DNA from: an uncultured Lachnospiraceae bacterium
GTDB lineage: Bacteria > Bacillota > Clostridia > Lachnospirales > Lachnospiraceae
Direction: 5' to 3'
Assembly (NCBI GenBank): GCA_947385725.1
Contig: CANDMD010000001.1
Location: 2,660-66,659 of the forward strand
Length of the DNA stretch: 64,000 nucleotides
Positions within the stretch are counted from its first letter, which is position 1; every line of letters begins with the position of its first letter. Made by a program: the position numbers and the translations under genes. Shown here piece by piece: positions 36,971-47,152 of the stretch. A model generated the notes under the pieces. The model saw only the letters and a program-made list of their open reading frames with translations. It was not told where the DNA came from and did not search any database.

Positions 36971-38278
36971 ATGATCAAATTTTTTAAGAGATTCCCTCTG
37001 ATATCATCCATAATATGGTCGACTGTCATCGGAATAGGTCTAACGCTTGTACAGGGGATGGATTCCATCGTAAAGGAGATGACGAGATACGGTTGGCAGA
37101 ACGGGCTCGAGGAACTGGTCAGGAACATTAATGTGGGAGTGTTCATAGTCGGAGCGTTCATGGTACTCCCGTTTACCTTTACGGCAGCAGAGATTTTTTT
37201 GCTGGTCAAGGGGTGGAAGAACCAGGGGATTCATAAGAAGGGGATCCGCTTTGACCTGGTGGGCATTGTGCTTGGGATGTTTTACTGCCTTATCTATCTG
37301 AGTATTTTTGATGATGTGGTATTTGGCAGCGATTGGACCGATCAGCTGGTGAATTCTCAGACGCATACACCGATCAATGTCCAGTCTGTGGTTACGGTGG
37401 CGGTGATTGCGCTGGCGGCTGTGGCCGGGTATATGGCGGTGAATCTGCTTCCTCTCAAAAAAGTGCCTCCGTTGGCGCTGGTATTGGGTATGGCGGCCAT
37501 GTATCTTGGCGTCATTGAGTGTGTGATCTGTGGGATACAGGTTTTTCGGGGGCGGACCTATGATTTTTATCTGTTGCTGTATCCTTTTAACTGTGTGCTG
37601 TTGACGGCCAGGACCGTGGGCCATAAGATGTGGGAATGGGACAGGATGATGGAGGAGGATGAGAGCCGTAGGGAACAATATTCCGGAGGAAAGGGATTTA
37701 TCCACGGGTGTAACCGTTTTCTGGTAAGCTCCCGGCGCTGGCCTCTGGCAGCATTCCTGCTGATGTGGCCCCTGCTGGGGATCCTGATCGGAATATTGAT
37801 TTTGTTTGGTCAGAGACCGGATGCGGTGATCAGGGCGTTTACGGAGACAAGCGACTGGAATCTGTCCCAGAGAGTCGCGCCCCAAAATGTGCTCTATGAC
37901 GAGCATTATCTCTGTACCGTGGCAGCAGGAGGCCATGAAAAAATTGTGAAACCCCAGAGACTGGGGGTGCGGCATGGGCATCAGGTCATTGTGAACAGGC
38001 AGCTCTGTGTGGCCAACGCCTTTGAACAGATCCTGGAAGAGCGCACACCCCGCTTCCACAGAGCCCTGCGCGGCTTTTATGACACCTGCGGGTTTCCTGT
38101 GGCAAGGCTGATCCATTCCCGATATGCCGCCGATCTGGTCTACTTTCTGATGAAGCCTCTGGAGTGGATCTTCCTGGCAGTGTTGTACCTGGCGGAGGCA
38201 AATCCGGAAAACAGGATAGTCATTCAGTATACAGGAAAGAGTCTGGAGGATTTCCGGAAGGAAACTGTGCATAATTGA
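36971..38278 (+). CDS. multi-TM membrane protein with a conserved C-terminal cytoplasmic domain (DUF6688-like as I recall)
   Basis: About 8 hydrophobic helices, then ...HYLCTVAAGGHEKIVKPQRLGVRHGHQVIVNRQLCVANAFE...MKPLEW. A promoter-like TTGACA-17-TATATT lies upstream (about 36863-36891). Confidence 0.5.
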   Translation: MIKFFKRFPLISSIIWSTVIGIGLTLVQGMDSIVKEMTRYGWQNGLEELVRNINVGVFIVGAFMVLPFTFTAAEIFLLVKGWKNQGIHKKGIRFDLVGIVLGMFYCLIYLSIFDDVVFGSDWTDQLVNSQTHTPINVQSVVTVAVIALAAVAGYMAVNLLPLKKVPPLALVLGMAAMYLGVIECVICGIQVFRGRTYDFYLLLYPFNCVLLTARTVGHKMWEWDRMMEEDESRREQYSGGKGFIHGCNRFLVSSRRWPLAAFLLMWPLLGILIGILILFGQRPDAVIRAFTETSDWNLSQRVAPQNVLYDEHYLCTVAAGGHEKIVKPQRLGVRHGHQVIVNRQLCVANAFEQILEERTPRFHRALRGFYDTCGFPVARLIHSRYAADLVYFLMKPLEWIFLAVLYLAEANPENRIVIQYTGKSLEDFRKETVHN

Positions 38279-38404
38279 TTCCCGCGGGCAAGCATTGCTT
38301 GCTATACTGCATAATGCTGAATGTTGCCTAATGTAATCATGCGATTGAACCAGTCAGCGTTATGCAGTCTGGTTTCGCGGCAAGTGAAATCTTAAGCAGT
38401 ATAA

Positions 38405-38446
38405 ATAAACATTGTTTATTGGGCAAACATTGTCCGTTGGACAATG
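38405..38446. promoter_or_regulatory. two palindromes sharing an ACATTGT core upstream of the DUF2975/HTH operon
   Basis: ATAAACAtTGTTTAT (38405-38419, perfect 7-1-7) and CATTGTCCgttGGACAATG (38428-38446, 8-3-8). Confidence 0.4.
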
Positions 38447-38480
38447 GGGAAAACAGCCAGCAAGGAGGGATTTTGGGGAC

Positions 38481-38948
38481 ATGAAGCAAATGGAAACAGG
38501 CTTAAAGCAGGCTTGGATAAAGGGAACAAAATATCTCCTGGACTTTATGTTCTGCGGGGGGATCCTGGTGACGGTCTCCCTGCCCTGGAGCATTAAATGG
38601 GCGGGAAGCCAGCTGCCATATCTCATCCAACATTATGAGGAGTCGGTCATCATCTATTTTGTCCTTGGGATTGCGGCAGAGAAGCTGCTCTGGGAACTGC
38701 GAAAGATTTTTAAGACAGTGCTGGCGGGTAATTGCTTTGTCCGGGAGAATGTGACCAGCCTGCAGAAAATGGCAAATTGGAGTTTCTTTATCGCATTGAT
38801 GTCAGTGGTCAGAAGTATTGTGTATATGACAATTGCCATGTGTGTGATCGTCTTTGTGTTCATGGTGGCCGGGCTGTTCAGCAAGGTTTTAAGCTTTGTG
38901 TTTGACCAGGCGGTGGCGTACAAGGAAGAAACGGATTGGACAATATAG
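38481..38948 (+). CDS. DUF2975-family membrane protein
   Basis: GGAGGG RBS, four TM helices, and the characteristic C-terminal ...AYKEETDWTI tail. It is followed by a YozG-type HTH gene, which is the usual pairing. Confidence 0.65.
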   Translation: MKQMETGLKQAWIKGTKYLLDFMFCGGILVTVSLPWSIKWAGSQLPYLIQHYEESVIIYFVLGIAAEKLLWELRKIFKTVLAGNCFVRENVTSLQKMANWSFFIALMSVVRSIVYMTIAMCVIVFVFMVAGLFSKVLSFVFDQAVAYKEETDWTI

Positions 38949-39004
38949 GGGGGACTTAAAATGTTGACTGATATGTGTGCCAAGGCAGGTAAAGGGGTAT
39001 CGTT

Positions 39005-39229
39005 ATGGGAATCATTGTGAATCTGGATGTGATGATGGCGAAGCGCAAGAAAGGACTGACGGAACTTGCGAATGAGGTGGATCTTACCCTTGCCAATCTC
39101 TCCATTCTGAAAAATAATAAGGCAAAAGCAATCCGCTTTACCACACTGGAGGCCGTATGTAAGGCTCTGAACTGTCAGCCCGGAGATATTCTGGAGTATG
39201 TGGAGGACGAGGAAGAACCAAATGGGTAA
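39005..39229 (+). CDS. small Cro/C1-type HTH regulator (YozG-like)
   Basis: IIVNLDVMMAKRKKGLTELANEVDLTLANLSILKNNKAKAIRFTTLEAVCKALNCQPGDILEY. 74 aa. Confidence 0.85.
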   Translation: MGIIVNLDVMMAKRKKGLTELANEVDLTLANLSILKNNKAKAIRFTTLEAVCKALNCQPGDILEYVEDEEEPNG

Positions 39230-39313
39230 AGTAGCGGAAAGAAAAACATGGTCGATGTTCCGGGTGGATTGACACAGGAATAATAGAGATAAAAAGCAGA
39301 AAAGAAGAGGAGA

Positions 39314-41284
39314 ATGACGATGAGTGATGTAAACAATAATCAGGGAACCTGGGCGGAACCGTCACAGTTTTCCGCAGGCAATGAGTATTCAGGTGCGCAG
39401 CAATCCTCGGCAGACATGACGGATAACACGGCTGGTACCCCGGCATCAGGCACTGGTACCCCGGCATCAGGCACTGGTATTCCGGCATCAGGCACTGGTA
39501 CCCCGGCATCAGGCACTGGTATTCCGGCATCAGGCACTGGTACCCCGGCATCGGCCACTGATGCTTCGGCTTCAGCAGCCGGCGCATTTACCGGGCAGCC
39601 GGCTCCCGCTTTCGTGAACGGCACGGCGGCGCCCCAGTCCGCACCGCCTGCTTTCGGGGCGGCGCAGGCGCCTTATCCGGTGGTGGTGCAGAACAGACCC
39701 CGTCACATGGATACGGAGGAGACAAAGCGTTTAAAAGAGAACTATAACTTTTTCGGAATGGCCTCCTTTCTCTATGCAGTATTTTATACCTTTTGCATGT
39801 TCCGCAACGGATCGGGGGTGACGTACCCTTTTTTCGTGGCAGGCAGTCTGTTACTTTTGTGCTTATCCTTAGCAAAGTTAGGGATTACCTTAAAAAGCGG
39901 AAGCGTTTTTTACATGGTGAGCATGATGCTGCTTGGCATTTCCACCTTTCTCACTGACGATGGGCGTATCATCGCCTATAACAAGCTGGGGATCTTCCTG
40001 CTGATTATGAGCCTCCTGTTAAAGCATTTTTTTGACACCACCCAATGGAAGCTAGGGAAATATCTGGGAAGCATTATACAGGCTGTTTTCTTGAGTATCG
40101 GTGAACTGCCGCGGCCTGTGCAGGACGGAGTCGCTTATCAGAAGAACAGGAGCGGAAAAAGAAGCAGGACCACGGGGTATATTTTGATCGGCCTTGCCAT
40201 CTCCGTCCCGCTGCTGCTGGTGGTACTGGCCCTGCTTGCCAGCGCGGATGCTTATTTCCTGGAGATGACGAAGAAGGTGTTCGGTAGCATCAATCTTCCT
40301 AACATGATGAACATCGTATTCCGCATCGCGTTTATGTTCTTCTTTTCCTATATGCTGACCTCATATCTCTGCAAGAGGCAGATCAAAGAGGAGGTGAAGG
40401 ATCACCGCACCGGCGAGCCGGTGATTGCAATTACCGTGACGGCCATGCTGACTTTTGTGTATCTGATCTTCTCCGTGGTGCAGATCGCGGGGCTGTTTCT
40501 GGGACAGTTAAAGCTGCCTGAGGGGTATACCTACGCGAAATATGCGAGACAGGGCTTTGCCCAGCTTCTGGTGGTGAGCATCCTGAACCTGGTCATTGTG
40601 CTGGTATGTGTGAGTTTTTTCCGTAGAAGCAAAGTCTTAAGGGCGATTCTGACAATGATGTCACTTTGTACCTTTGTCATGATAGCTTCCAGCGCCATGA
40701 GAATGTTCATTTACATCCGCTTTTATTATCTGACCTTCCTGAGAGTCCTGGTGCTGTGGGCGCTTGCGCTGCTGGCGGTGCTTTTCCTGGGGATCCTGAT
40801 CAGCATCTATGCGGAAAGGTTTCCGCTGTTCCGCTACAGTATGGCGGTGGTGACGGTGCTTTATCTGGGGCTTTCCTTTGCCCATCCCGACTATATCATT
40901 GCCCGGGTGAACATTGCGAACACGAATGAGCAAAGCAGGCAGTGGTGGGTGGATGAAAGTGTGGCGCCTTACCATGACTTCACATATCTCAGCAGACTCA
41001 GCGCAGATGCGGCGCCGGTGCTGGTTCCTTATATGGAAAGTCTTGGATATGATTTCGCGGCGTTTGACAGTGAAAGCGCGCTGGCCTATGCGAAGGAGCA
41101 GCGTACGGACAGTGAACCGCGCTATCTGCGCAGGCATGAGATCGGGGATTTCGGATACTGGTGGATGGAGAATCTACAGGACCGCACGGAAAACTTCGGG
41201 ATCAGGACCTTCAACCTGTCCCGGTATAATGCGATGCGGCTGATGGAGACAGGAACCGGGGGACTGTCTACGAATACAAAATGA
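39314..41284 (+). CDS. large multi-TM membrane protein (DUF4153/DUF4173-like) with a repeat-containing N-terminal tail
   Basis: The N-terminal ~130 aa are low-complexity, including (GTPASGT)n. They are followed by 10 or more hydrophobic helices. Confidence 0.5.
   Translation: MTMSDVNNNQGTWAEPSQFSAGNEYSGAQQSSADMTDNTAGTPASGTGTPASGTGIPASGTGTPASGTGIPASGTGTPASATDASASAAGAFTGQPAPAFVNGTAAPQSAPPAFGAAQAPYPVVVQNRPRHMDTEETKRLKENYNFFGMASFLYAVFYTFCMFRNGSGVTYPFFVAGSLLLLCLSLAKLGITLKSGSVFYMVSMMLLGISTFLTDDGRIIAYNKLGIFLLIMSLLLKHFFDTTQWKLGKYLGSIIQAVFLSIGELPRPVQDGVAYQKNRSGKRSRTTGYILIGLAISVPLLLVVLALLASADAYFLEMTKKVFGSINLPNMMNIVFRIAFMFFFSYMLTSYLCKRQIKEEVKDHRTGEPVIAITVTAMLTFVYLIFSVVQIAGLFLGQLKLPEGYTYAKYARQGFAQLLVVSILNLVIVLVCVSFFRRSKVLRAILTMMSLCTFVMIASSAMRMFIYIRFYYLTFLRVLVLWALALLAVLFLGILISIYAERFPLFRYSMAVVTVLYLGLSFAHPDYIIARVNIANTNEQSRQWWVDESVAPYHDFTYLSRLSADAAPVLVPYMESLGYDFAAFDSESALAYAKEQRTDSEPRYLRRHEIGDFGYWWMENLQDRTENFGIRTFNLSRYNAMRLMETGTGGLSTNTK
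39434..39559. repeat. 21-bp in-frame tandem repeat x6
   Basis: Unit GGTACCCCGGCATCAGGCACT (variant GGTATTCC...), encoding GTPASGT/GIPASGT. Confidence 0.9.
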
Positions 41285-41378
41285 GACTCACTGTTGCTGG
41301 AGTACTTGTGATGGTGGTCAATGGACTGAGAAATGTATCTAATATTTGGCTTTAGTTTTGGATGGGTGGTGTGAGATT

Positions 41379-41780
41379 ATGAATTTCACTGTCTACGTAG
41401 GAATTGGGATTTTGCTTGTTTTAACGATAATCGGATTACTTATTTTGCTAAGACACAATTCCTTTAAATCTGAAAATAGTAAAAGAATATATATTGTGAC
41501 AGGGGCGCTGCAAGCGGTTCATATAATATTGTATTTGACAGGATTATTGGAGAAAATCGCTCAAATTAATGTATATATTGCATTTGGAATTTGTGCTGTT
41601 GTTTCCATTGTATGTATTTTGACGTCTGGCTGGATGCTGCTGTCTTTTTCAAGATTTCAGCATGGAATAAAGTATCTGCTTATGTTTATTGCTATACTTC
41701 AAGTGATTAGTACGATTATTATATTTTTGTTGCCCGAAGCAGGTATTCCACCATTAATCCAATTTTCAGTAAATATATAA
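41379..41780 (+). CDS. small AT-rich integral membrane protein, unknown function
   Basis: 133 aa with four hydrophobic helices. The composition is markedly AT-rich versus both flanks. Confidence 0.45.
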   Translation: MNFTVYVGIGILLVLTIIGLLILLRHNSFKSENSKRIYIVTGALQAVHIILYLTGLLEKIAQINVYIAFGICAVVSIVCILTSGWMLLSFSRFQHGIKYLLMFIAILQVISTIIIFLLPEAGIPPLIQFSVNI

Positions 41781-41819
41781 TAAGTACTTATTGAACAAAC
41801 AGGTGGAATTTATTTTGCG

Positions 41820-43190
41820 TCATCTGCACAAGTTATTTTCGGACAGTTCTCCGGGCAGTCTCTTGGAAATCACAAGCCAGCTGGTCACCAGGATCACATC
41901 TGCGCCCAGCCAGGCGGCAATCTCGGCGTAGAAGATGCCTGTTTCCCCTATGGCCAGGGGCAGCAGGAGCGCAGTGGCTGTCCGCATGACAAATTCCGCA
42001 ATGCCGGATGCCATGGGGAGCAGGGTGTTGCCAAGTCCCTGGATGCAGGAGCGGATCACATGAAGGATATAGAGAACGGGAAGGCAGACACTCATGACGG
42101 CAAGGTAGAAATAGGCGATCTGCATGGTCTGCGCAGTCTCCTCCGGCGTGCCGGAAATGAACCAGCCTAAAATAGTCCTGCCGAACAGCAGCATGACCGC
42201 GGCGATCACAAGGGATGTTGCAATGGCGATCACAAGGGCAGAGCGTGTCCCCTGACGGATGCGCCTGCTCTTTCCTGCGCCCAGATTCTGTCCCACATAA
42301 GTAATCATGGCGTAGCCGTAGGAAGTGGCGGCAATCTCTAAAATGCCGTAAAGCTTGTTGGTGGCGGTAAAGCCTGCGATGAAAAGCACGCCGAAGCCGT
42401 TTACCACGAACTGCACGATCATGCCGCCGATGGCAATGATACAGTTTTGGAATGCCATGGGAAAGCCCAAAGCCATCAGCCTTCCGCTCAGTTTTCCCTC
42501 CATTCGGAAATCGGAAGCCGACATTTGCAGGATCTCAATCCTGCGGATGTGGTAAAGACAGAACAATCCCGAGACAAGCTGGGCGATCAGGGTTGCGACT
42601 GCCGCTCCGGCGATACCCCAGTGAAAGACCAGCACGAACAGCAGATCCAGCACAATATTGGTGAAGGAAGCCACCACCATGGCCCGCAGGGGAGTCTGGC
42701 CGTCCCCCAGGGAGCGCAGGATACTGGCAAAGAGATTATAGGCCATGACGATGGGCAGTCCCAGGAACATGATCCGCAGATACAGCAGCGCGCTTCCCAT
42801 AATATCATCGGGGGTCTGCAGCAGTGTCAGCACAGGACGGGCAGTCAGCTGCCCTATGATAACCAACGCCAGGGAAGAGAGCAGGGCGAGAATGCAGGAA
42901 TTGCCGATGACCTTCCGCAGGCTGTCATATTTCCCGGCGCCGAAATCCTGCGCCATGCGGATGGCGAAGCCCTGCGCAAAGCCCTGTACGATGCCCAGCA
43001 TCATCCAGTTCATCCAGTCCGAGGCGCCCAGCGCCGCAAGTGCGCTTACCCCCAGATATTTTCCCACCACCATGGTGTCTACTACCGTATACAACTGCTG
43101 AAAGACGTTGCCTGCCATCAGGGGCAGCGCAAAAGTCAGGATCAGCTTTCCGGGATTTCCCTCTGTCATGGTCTTAATATGCTTGTTCAT
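41820..43190 (-). CDS. MATE-family efflux transporter
   Basis: ...GNPGKLILTFALPLMAGNVFQQLYTVVDTMVVG... with 12 TM helices. I prefer the ATG at 43190 (MNKHIKT...). Confidence 0.9.
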   Translation of the reverse strand: MNKHIKTMTEGNPGKLILTFALPLMAGNVFQQLYTVVDTMVVGKYLGVSALAALGASDWMNWMMLGIVQGFAQGFAIRMAQDFGAGKYDSLRKVIGNSCILALLSSLALVIIGQLTARPVLTLLQTPDDIMGSALLYLRIMFLGLPIVMAYNLFASILRSLGDGQTPLRAMVVASFTNIVLDLLFVLVFHWGIAGAAVATLIAQLVSGLFCLYHIRRIEILQMSASDFRMEGKLSGRLMALGFPMAFQNCIIAIGGMIVQFVVNGFGVLFIAGFTATNKLYGILEIAATSYGYAMITYVGQNLGAGKSRRIRQGTRSALVIAIATSLVIAAVMLLFGRTILGWFISGTPEETAQTMQIAYFYLAVMSVCLPVLYILHVIRSCIQGLGNTLLPMASGIAEFVMRTATALLLPLAIGETGIFYAEIAAWLGADVILVTSWLVISKRLPGELSENNLCR

Positions 43191-43418
43191 GTGTCTCTCC
43201 AATATTCTTATCATACATTATCAGTAAATATATCATTTCAATGTACCTATTATAGCATAAAAACCCCTGCTGCAATTTTTTTGTTTGAATAAATCAAAAC
43301 CAGTGTCAAAATTATATTTTGTATGTTATGATTATTTATATTTCCTGTCGGACGGGGAATGGTGTTATAATAGCTGCAGGAAAAGTAAGCGGCGGCATGG
43401 CCGGCGCGGAGGAATAAA

Positions 43419-45299
43419 ATGAGATCTTTTGAGGAATTGGAACAGCTTTTCGGGAAATGTGAGCAGGCGTATTTTGTAACCACACATCCCTTTTCGGAGG
43501 ATGCTGTCCTGATATATGGAAACAGCGCTGCCGCTGCCCTGACGGGAATCAATATGAAGGAAATAGCGGGTCACGGGGTAAAGGACCTGGGCGGGCAGTG
43601 GAAGGATAAAAGGCATATGTACAGTTCTGTCTTTGACGGAGATCTCTGCCTTACGGTGATCGTTGACATGGCGGAGGCAGAGATAAGGGCGGAGGAAACC
43701 CATGAGGAATACCGCAGGAATATGGAGAAAGCGCTTGAGGCAGCCAATGAGGCCAATCAGGCGAAGACCAAGTTCCTGTCGGAAATGTCCCATGACATCC
43801 GCACGCCCATGAACGCCATTGTGGGCATGACGGATATTGCCCTGAAATATGTGGAGGACAGCAGGCGGACGGAGGACTGCCTGAAGAAGATCAAGATCGC
43901 CTCCGGCCATCTGATGGGACTGATCAACGAGGTGCTGGACATGTCCAGGATTGAAAGCGGCAAGCTCACTCTAAACCTGGATGATTTTCGTCTGACAGAC
44001 CTGATTCACTCTATCATGATCGTTATGAAGCCCCAGGCCGAGAAAAAGAAGATCCTTTTTCAGCTGGAACTGGGTGAAATCCTGTACGAAAACCTGCAGG
44101 GCGATGCCATGCGCATTCAGCAGATCTATATCAATCTTTTGTCCAATGCGGTCAAGTATACCCAGGAGGGCGGAAATGTGCGCATGAAGCTGCACCAGGA
44201 GCAGGGAGAAAACGGAATGGTACGCCTCATGGCCGAAGTGGAGGACAACGGCATCGGCATGACGCCGGAGTTTGTGGAGCGTATTTTTGATCCCTTTGAG
44301 CGGGAGCGCAACACTACCTTCAGCAAGATTGAGGGAACCGGCCTGGGAATGAGCATTACCAAAAAGCTGGTGGAAATGATGCAGGGTGATATCCGTGTGG
44401 TGAGCAGTAAGGGGAAAGGCAGCAAATTCAGTGTGTGCCTGCAGGTGGAACTTTCGGATAAGGGCGCTGCCTTTGAGAAAAATGCCCTGGCGGGGCGGCG
44501 TGTGTTGGTACTGCAGGGAGTGGAGGAAGAACTGAAGCAGCTTCCCGGAATGCTGAGACATCTTGGCATGGAAGTGGATGAGGCTTCCCGCGGCATGGAG
44601 GCAGTGGATCTGATCAATGATGCCGACATGGAGGGAGTGGATTATTTTGCCATGCTTACCGGCAGCATGCTTACCGACATGGAGATTTCCCTTTTTCTGC
44701 CCGAGGTCCGCGCGAGAAAAGGGAAGGATTTTCCCATACTGCTTTTGTCGGAGAACGACTGGTCGGAAGAGGAGTATCTGCTGAAGCAGGCCGGAGTGAC
44801 AGCCTTTGTCCCGCTGCCTTTGTCCGAAAGCCGCCTGTCTCAGGCGCTGTACGCCTGCACTGAGGAAGGCAGAAACAGCCAGGCCCGGGCGGAAAGCAGA
44901 CCTGAAAGGAGTTATCAGAGCAGCCGGATTCTTCTGGTGGAGGACAATGAACTGAACATGGAGATTGCACTGGAAATCCTGGGAAGCACAGGAGTGCAGA
45001 TTGATACGGCATACAATGGCCAGGAAGCGGTGGATGCTTTCCGAAGTAAGCCGGAATTTTATTATAAGCTGATTTTTATGGACATTCAGATGCCCGTGAT
45101 GGATGGTCTGGAGGCTGCAAGGCAGATCCGCGCCATGGAGAGGGCCGACGCTTCCGCGGTGACGATTGTTTCCATGACCGCGAATGCCTTTGCGGAGGAC
45201 AGGCAGCGGTCCATGGAGGCGGGTATGAACGCCCATATCACAAAACCTCTTGACGTGGAGCAGCTGCTGGAGTGCCTTGACCGGTGGTGTGGGAGGTAA
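43419..45299 (+). CDS. hybrid sensor histidine kinase/response regulator
   Basis: HisKA box FLSEMSHDIRTPMNAIVGM, HATPase motifs (DNGIGM, GTGLGMSI), one degenerate receiver, and one canonical receiver (ILLVEDNELN...FMDIQMPVMDG...TANA). Confidence 0.85.
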   Translation: MRSFEELEQLFGKCEQAYFVTTHPFSEDAVLIYGNSAAAALTGINMKEIAGHGVKDLGGQWKDKRHMYSSVFDGDLCLTVIVDMAEAEIRAEETHEEYRRNMEKALEAANEANQAKTKFLSEMSHDIRTPMNAIVGMTDIALKYVEDSRRTEDCLKKIKIASGHLMGLINEVLDMSRIESGKLTLNLDDFRLTDLIHSIMIVMKPQAEKKKILFQLELGEILYENLQGDAMRIQQIYINLLSNAVKYTQEGGNVRMKLHQEQGENGMVRLMAEVEDNGIGMTPEFVERIFDPFERERNTTFSKIEGTGLGMSITKKLVEMMQGDIRVVSSKGKGSKFSVCLQVELSDKGAAFEKNALAGRRVLVLQGVEEELKQLPGMLRHLGMEVDEASRGMEAVDLINDADMEGVDYFAMLTGSMLTDMEISLFLPEVRARKGKDFPILLLSENDWSEEEYLLKQAGVTAFVPLPLSESRLSQALYACTEEGRNSQARAESRPERSYQSSRILLVEDNELNMEIALEILGSTGVQIDTAYNGQEAVDAFRSKPEFYYKLIFMDIQMPVMDGLEAARQIRAMERADASAVTIVSMTANAFAEDRQRSMEAGMNAHITKPLDVEQLLECLDRWCGR

Positions 45300-45301
45300 G
45301 G

Positions 45302-47056
45302 ATGCGGCAATATCAGGAAGAGTACATTACAAACACGAAAAATCTCATAGAACTGGTGCGGCACAAAGCCCTTGCAGGACTGCAAAAGAGCCGGGCAGTG
45401 AGGGAGATTCGGGAGAGCAATACCCGGATCCTGCGGGAAAACCTGATTCCGACCCTGGATGATATCCTTACCGTCAGCCGGGATGATATCGATTCCCTGG
45501 TGGAGTTTACGGATACGTTGATGCGGCTGGGGCTGGATGCGGGTGTGCGCTATTATATCTGTAAGGCGCTGGTATCGTATGCGAGAGTGAAGGAAGACCG
45601 GAATCTGCTGATCAAGGAACTCTATATGACCGGGATGGCGCTTTTCGGGCTTAAAAATATTTCAGGGAACAGTAATGACGGGCAGCTTTGCTGGAAGATG
45701 CAGATGGTATTCGGTGAGGCCGCAGGCTATATCCGAAGCTATGATAAAATCGAGGATGCGGAGACAAGGGGCTATATCCACCGCTCCATGGGAAACCTGG
45801 CCCTGGGGCTTACGGGGCGTGACAGTAAGACGGCGGAACGGAAAATGGAAGTGATCAGGCGCTCCCTGCAGGTGTTGACGGATCCGGCATATCGTCAGAA
45901 GACCCCGGAGCTGCCATGGGAAACCTATCTTTATAAACAGCATCAGGAGCGGACCACGCTGATGGAGTATCTGCGGAGCGGGGAGGTCACGGCCAGGATT
46001 GTAGGCGAGGTCATGGAATCTGCCCAGTATGTCTATGACAGACAGGTGGAAAACGCAAGGGAAAAGGGAGTGCCGCTGGAGGCGCGGTGGCTCCATAATT
46101 ACTATGCAGCATCCTATTATTGCGGAGTCTATACGCTGCCGGAACTGTTACACCAGCTGGAAGGGGTATACGCATCACTGTCTTTTTCGGATTACAGTGC
46201 CAACGGGATGTACGGCAATATTTATCTTCCGCAGTTTTACTCTGTCTATGCTGCCAAGGACGCGGAAATGCTGGAGCGGAAGAGGCCGGTTGTGTTGATG
46301 ATGTACCGCCGGGTGGCGGAGTATTTGAAGCATGTGCCGCTGGGGGAGGACAGGGATAAGCTGTTCTTTTATGTGAGAGGCAGCCTGGCGGCCTATATAG
46401 AGTATCCGGGAGATAACTGTTTCCTGGATTATGTGAAGGAGGTAACCGCAGGCAGACGGCCGGAGGCGTATGCACTTTCCTGCCGGGTGGCGGAAACCGC
46501 TTTGCGTATCCTGGAAGAGATGATGGCGGAAATGCCGGGGCGGCTTCTGGGGATCAGGGGCACCCAGAGTATCCAGGAACTTATGGAGCGCAGGGAGGAG
46601 ATAAAGAAATTTCTGTATGACTGCTGTATCCTGCGCAATGTAGGAAAGCTGGAGATGCTGGAACTTTATGAGGTTTCAAGCCGGAGTTGGCTTGCGGAAG
46701 AGGAAGAAATGCACCGCGCCCATCCGCTCCTTGGAAGGAAAATATTGTCACGATGCGATTCCACGAAGGATCTCGCACCGGTGGTCCTGGGACATCACAG
46801 GTGGTATGACGGACAGGGCGGTTTCCCGGAGGAGTATCATCGGGAGGAGCAGCAGGACGCGGTACTGACGGACATTGTGAGTGTCGCGGATTACCTGGAA
46901 AAGGGTTTCGGCCGGAATGGGGACGGACAGGCGGAGGAAAACGGTCTGGATGAGTTGCTGCGGCAGCTGCGGTCCTTCAGCGGCACCAGGTTTTCGCCGT
47001 ATGTGGCGGAAGCGGCGGAAAGGTGTTTCTTCAAGGCAGCGTGCCCGAAAGGGTGA
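45302..47056 (+). CDS. HD-domain protein, degenerate HD-GYP-like
   Basis: GGGAGG RBS. The C-terminal region reads ...VVLGHHRWYDGQGGFPEEY (compare HHExxDGxGYP). The stop lies inside a tandem duplication. Confidence 0.65.
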   Translation: MRQYQEEYITNTKNLIELVRHKALAGLQKSRAVREIRESNTRILRENLIPTLDDILTVSRDDIDSLVEFTDTLMRLGLDAGVRYYICKALVSYARVKEDRNLLIKELYMTGMALFGLKNISGNSNDGQLCWKMQMVFGEAAGYIRSYDKIEDAETRGYIHRSMGNLALGLTGRDSKTAERKMEVIRRSLQVLTDPAYRQKTPELPWETYLYKQHQERTTLMEYLRSGEVTARIVGEVMESAQYVYDRQVENAREKGVPLEARWLHNYYAASYYCGVYTLPELLHQLEGVYASLSFSDYSANGMYGNIYLPQFYSVYAAKDAEMLERKRPVVLMMYRRVAEYLKHVPLGEDRDKLFFYVRGSLAAYIEYPGDNCFLDYVKEVTAGRRPEAYALSCRVAETALRILEEMMAEMPGRLLGIRGTQSIQELMERREEIKKFLYDCCILRNVGKLEMLELYEVSSRSWLAEEEEMHRAHPLLGRKILSRCDSTKDLAPVVLGHHRWYDGQGGFPEEYHREEQQDAVLTDIVSVADYLEKGFGRNGDGQAEENGLDELLRQLRSFSGTRFSPYVAEAAERCFFKAACPKG

Positions 47057-47152
47057 GCGGAAGCGGTGGAAAGCTGTTTTTTCGAAGCAGCGTGCCCGGA
47101 AAGGTGGCGGAAGCGGCGGAAAGGTGTTTCTTCAAGGCAGCGTGCCTGGAGG
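47003..47152. repeat. three tandem ~50-bp copies spanning the 3' end of the HD gene
   Basis: The copies are at 47003-47052, 47053-47103 (diverged) and 47104-47152. Copies 1 and 3 are nearly identical (GTGGCGGAAGCGGCGGAAAGGTGTTTCTTCAAGGCAGCGTGCC...). Confidence 0.9.

Noticed and set aside
37040-38272. Long antisense ORF (410 aa) opposite the DUF6688-like gene. Similar long shadow ORFs lie at 43971-45236, 50607-51893, 52549-53703, 21843-23111 and 10965-11966.
   Set aside because: They lie opposite genes with clear family motifs. Their products are Arg/His/Gln/Pro-rich with no motifs. This is typical of stop-poor antisense frames in GC-rich coding DNA.
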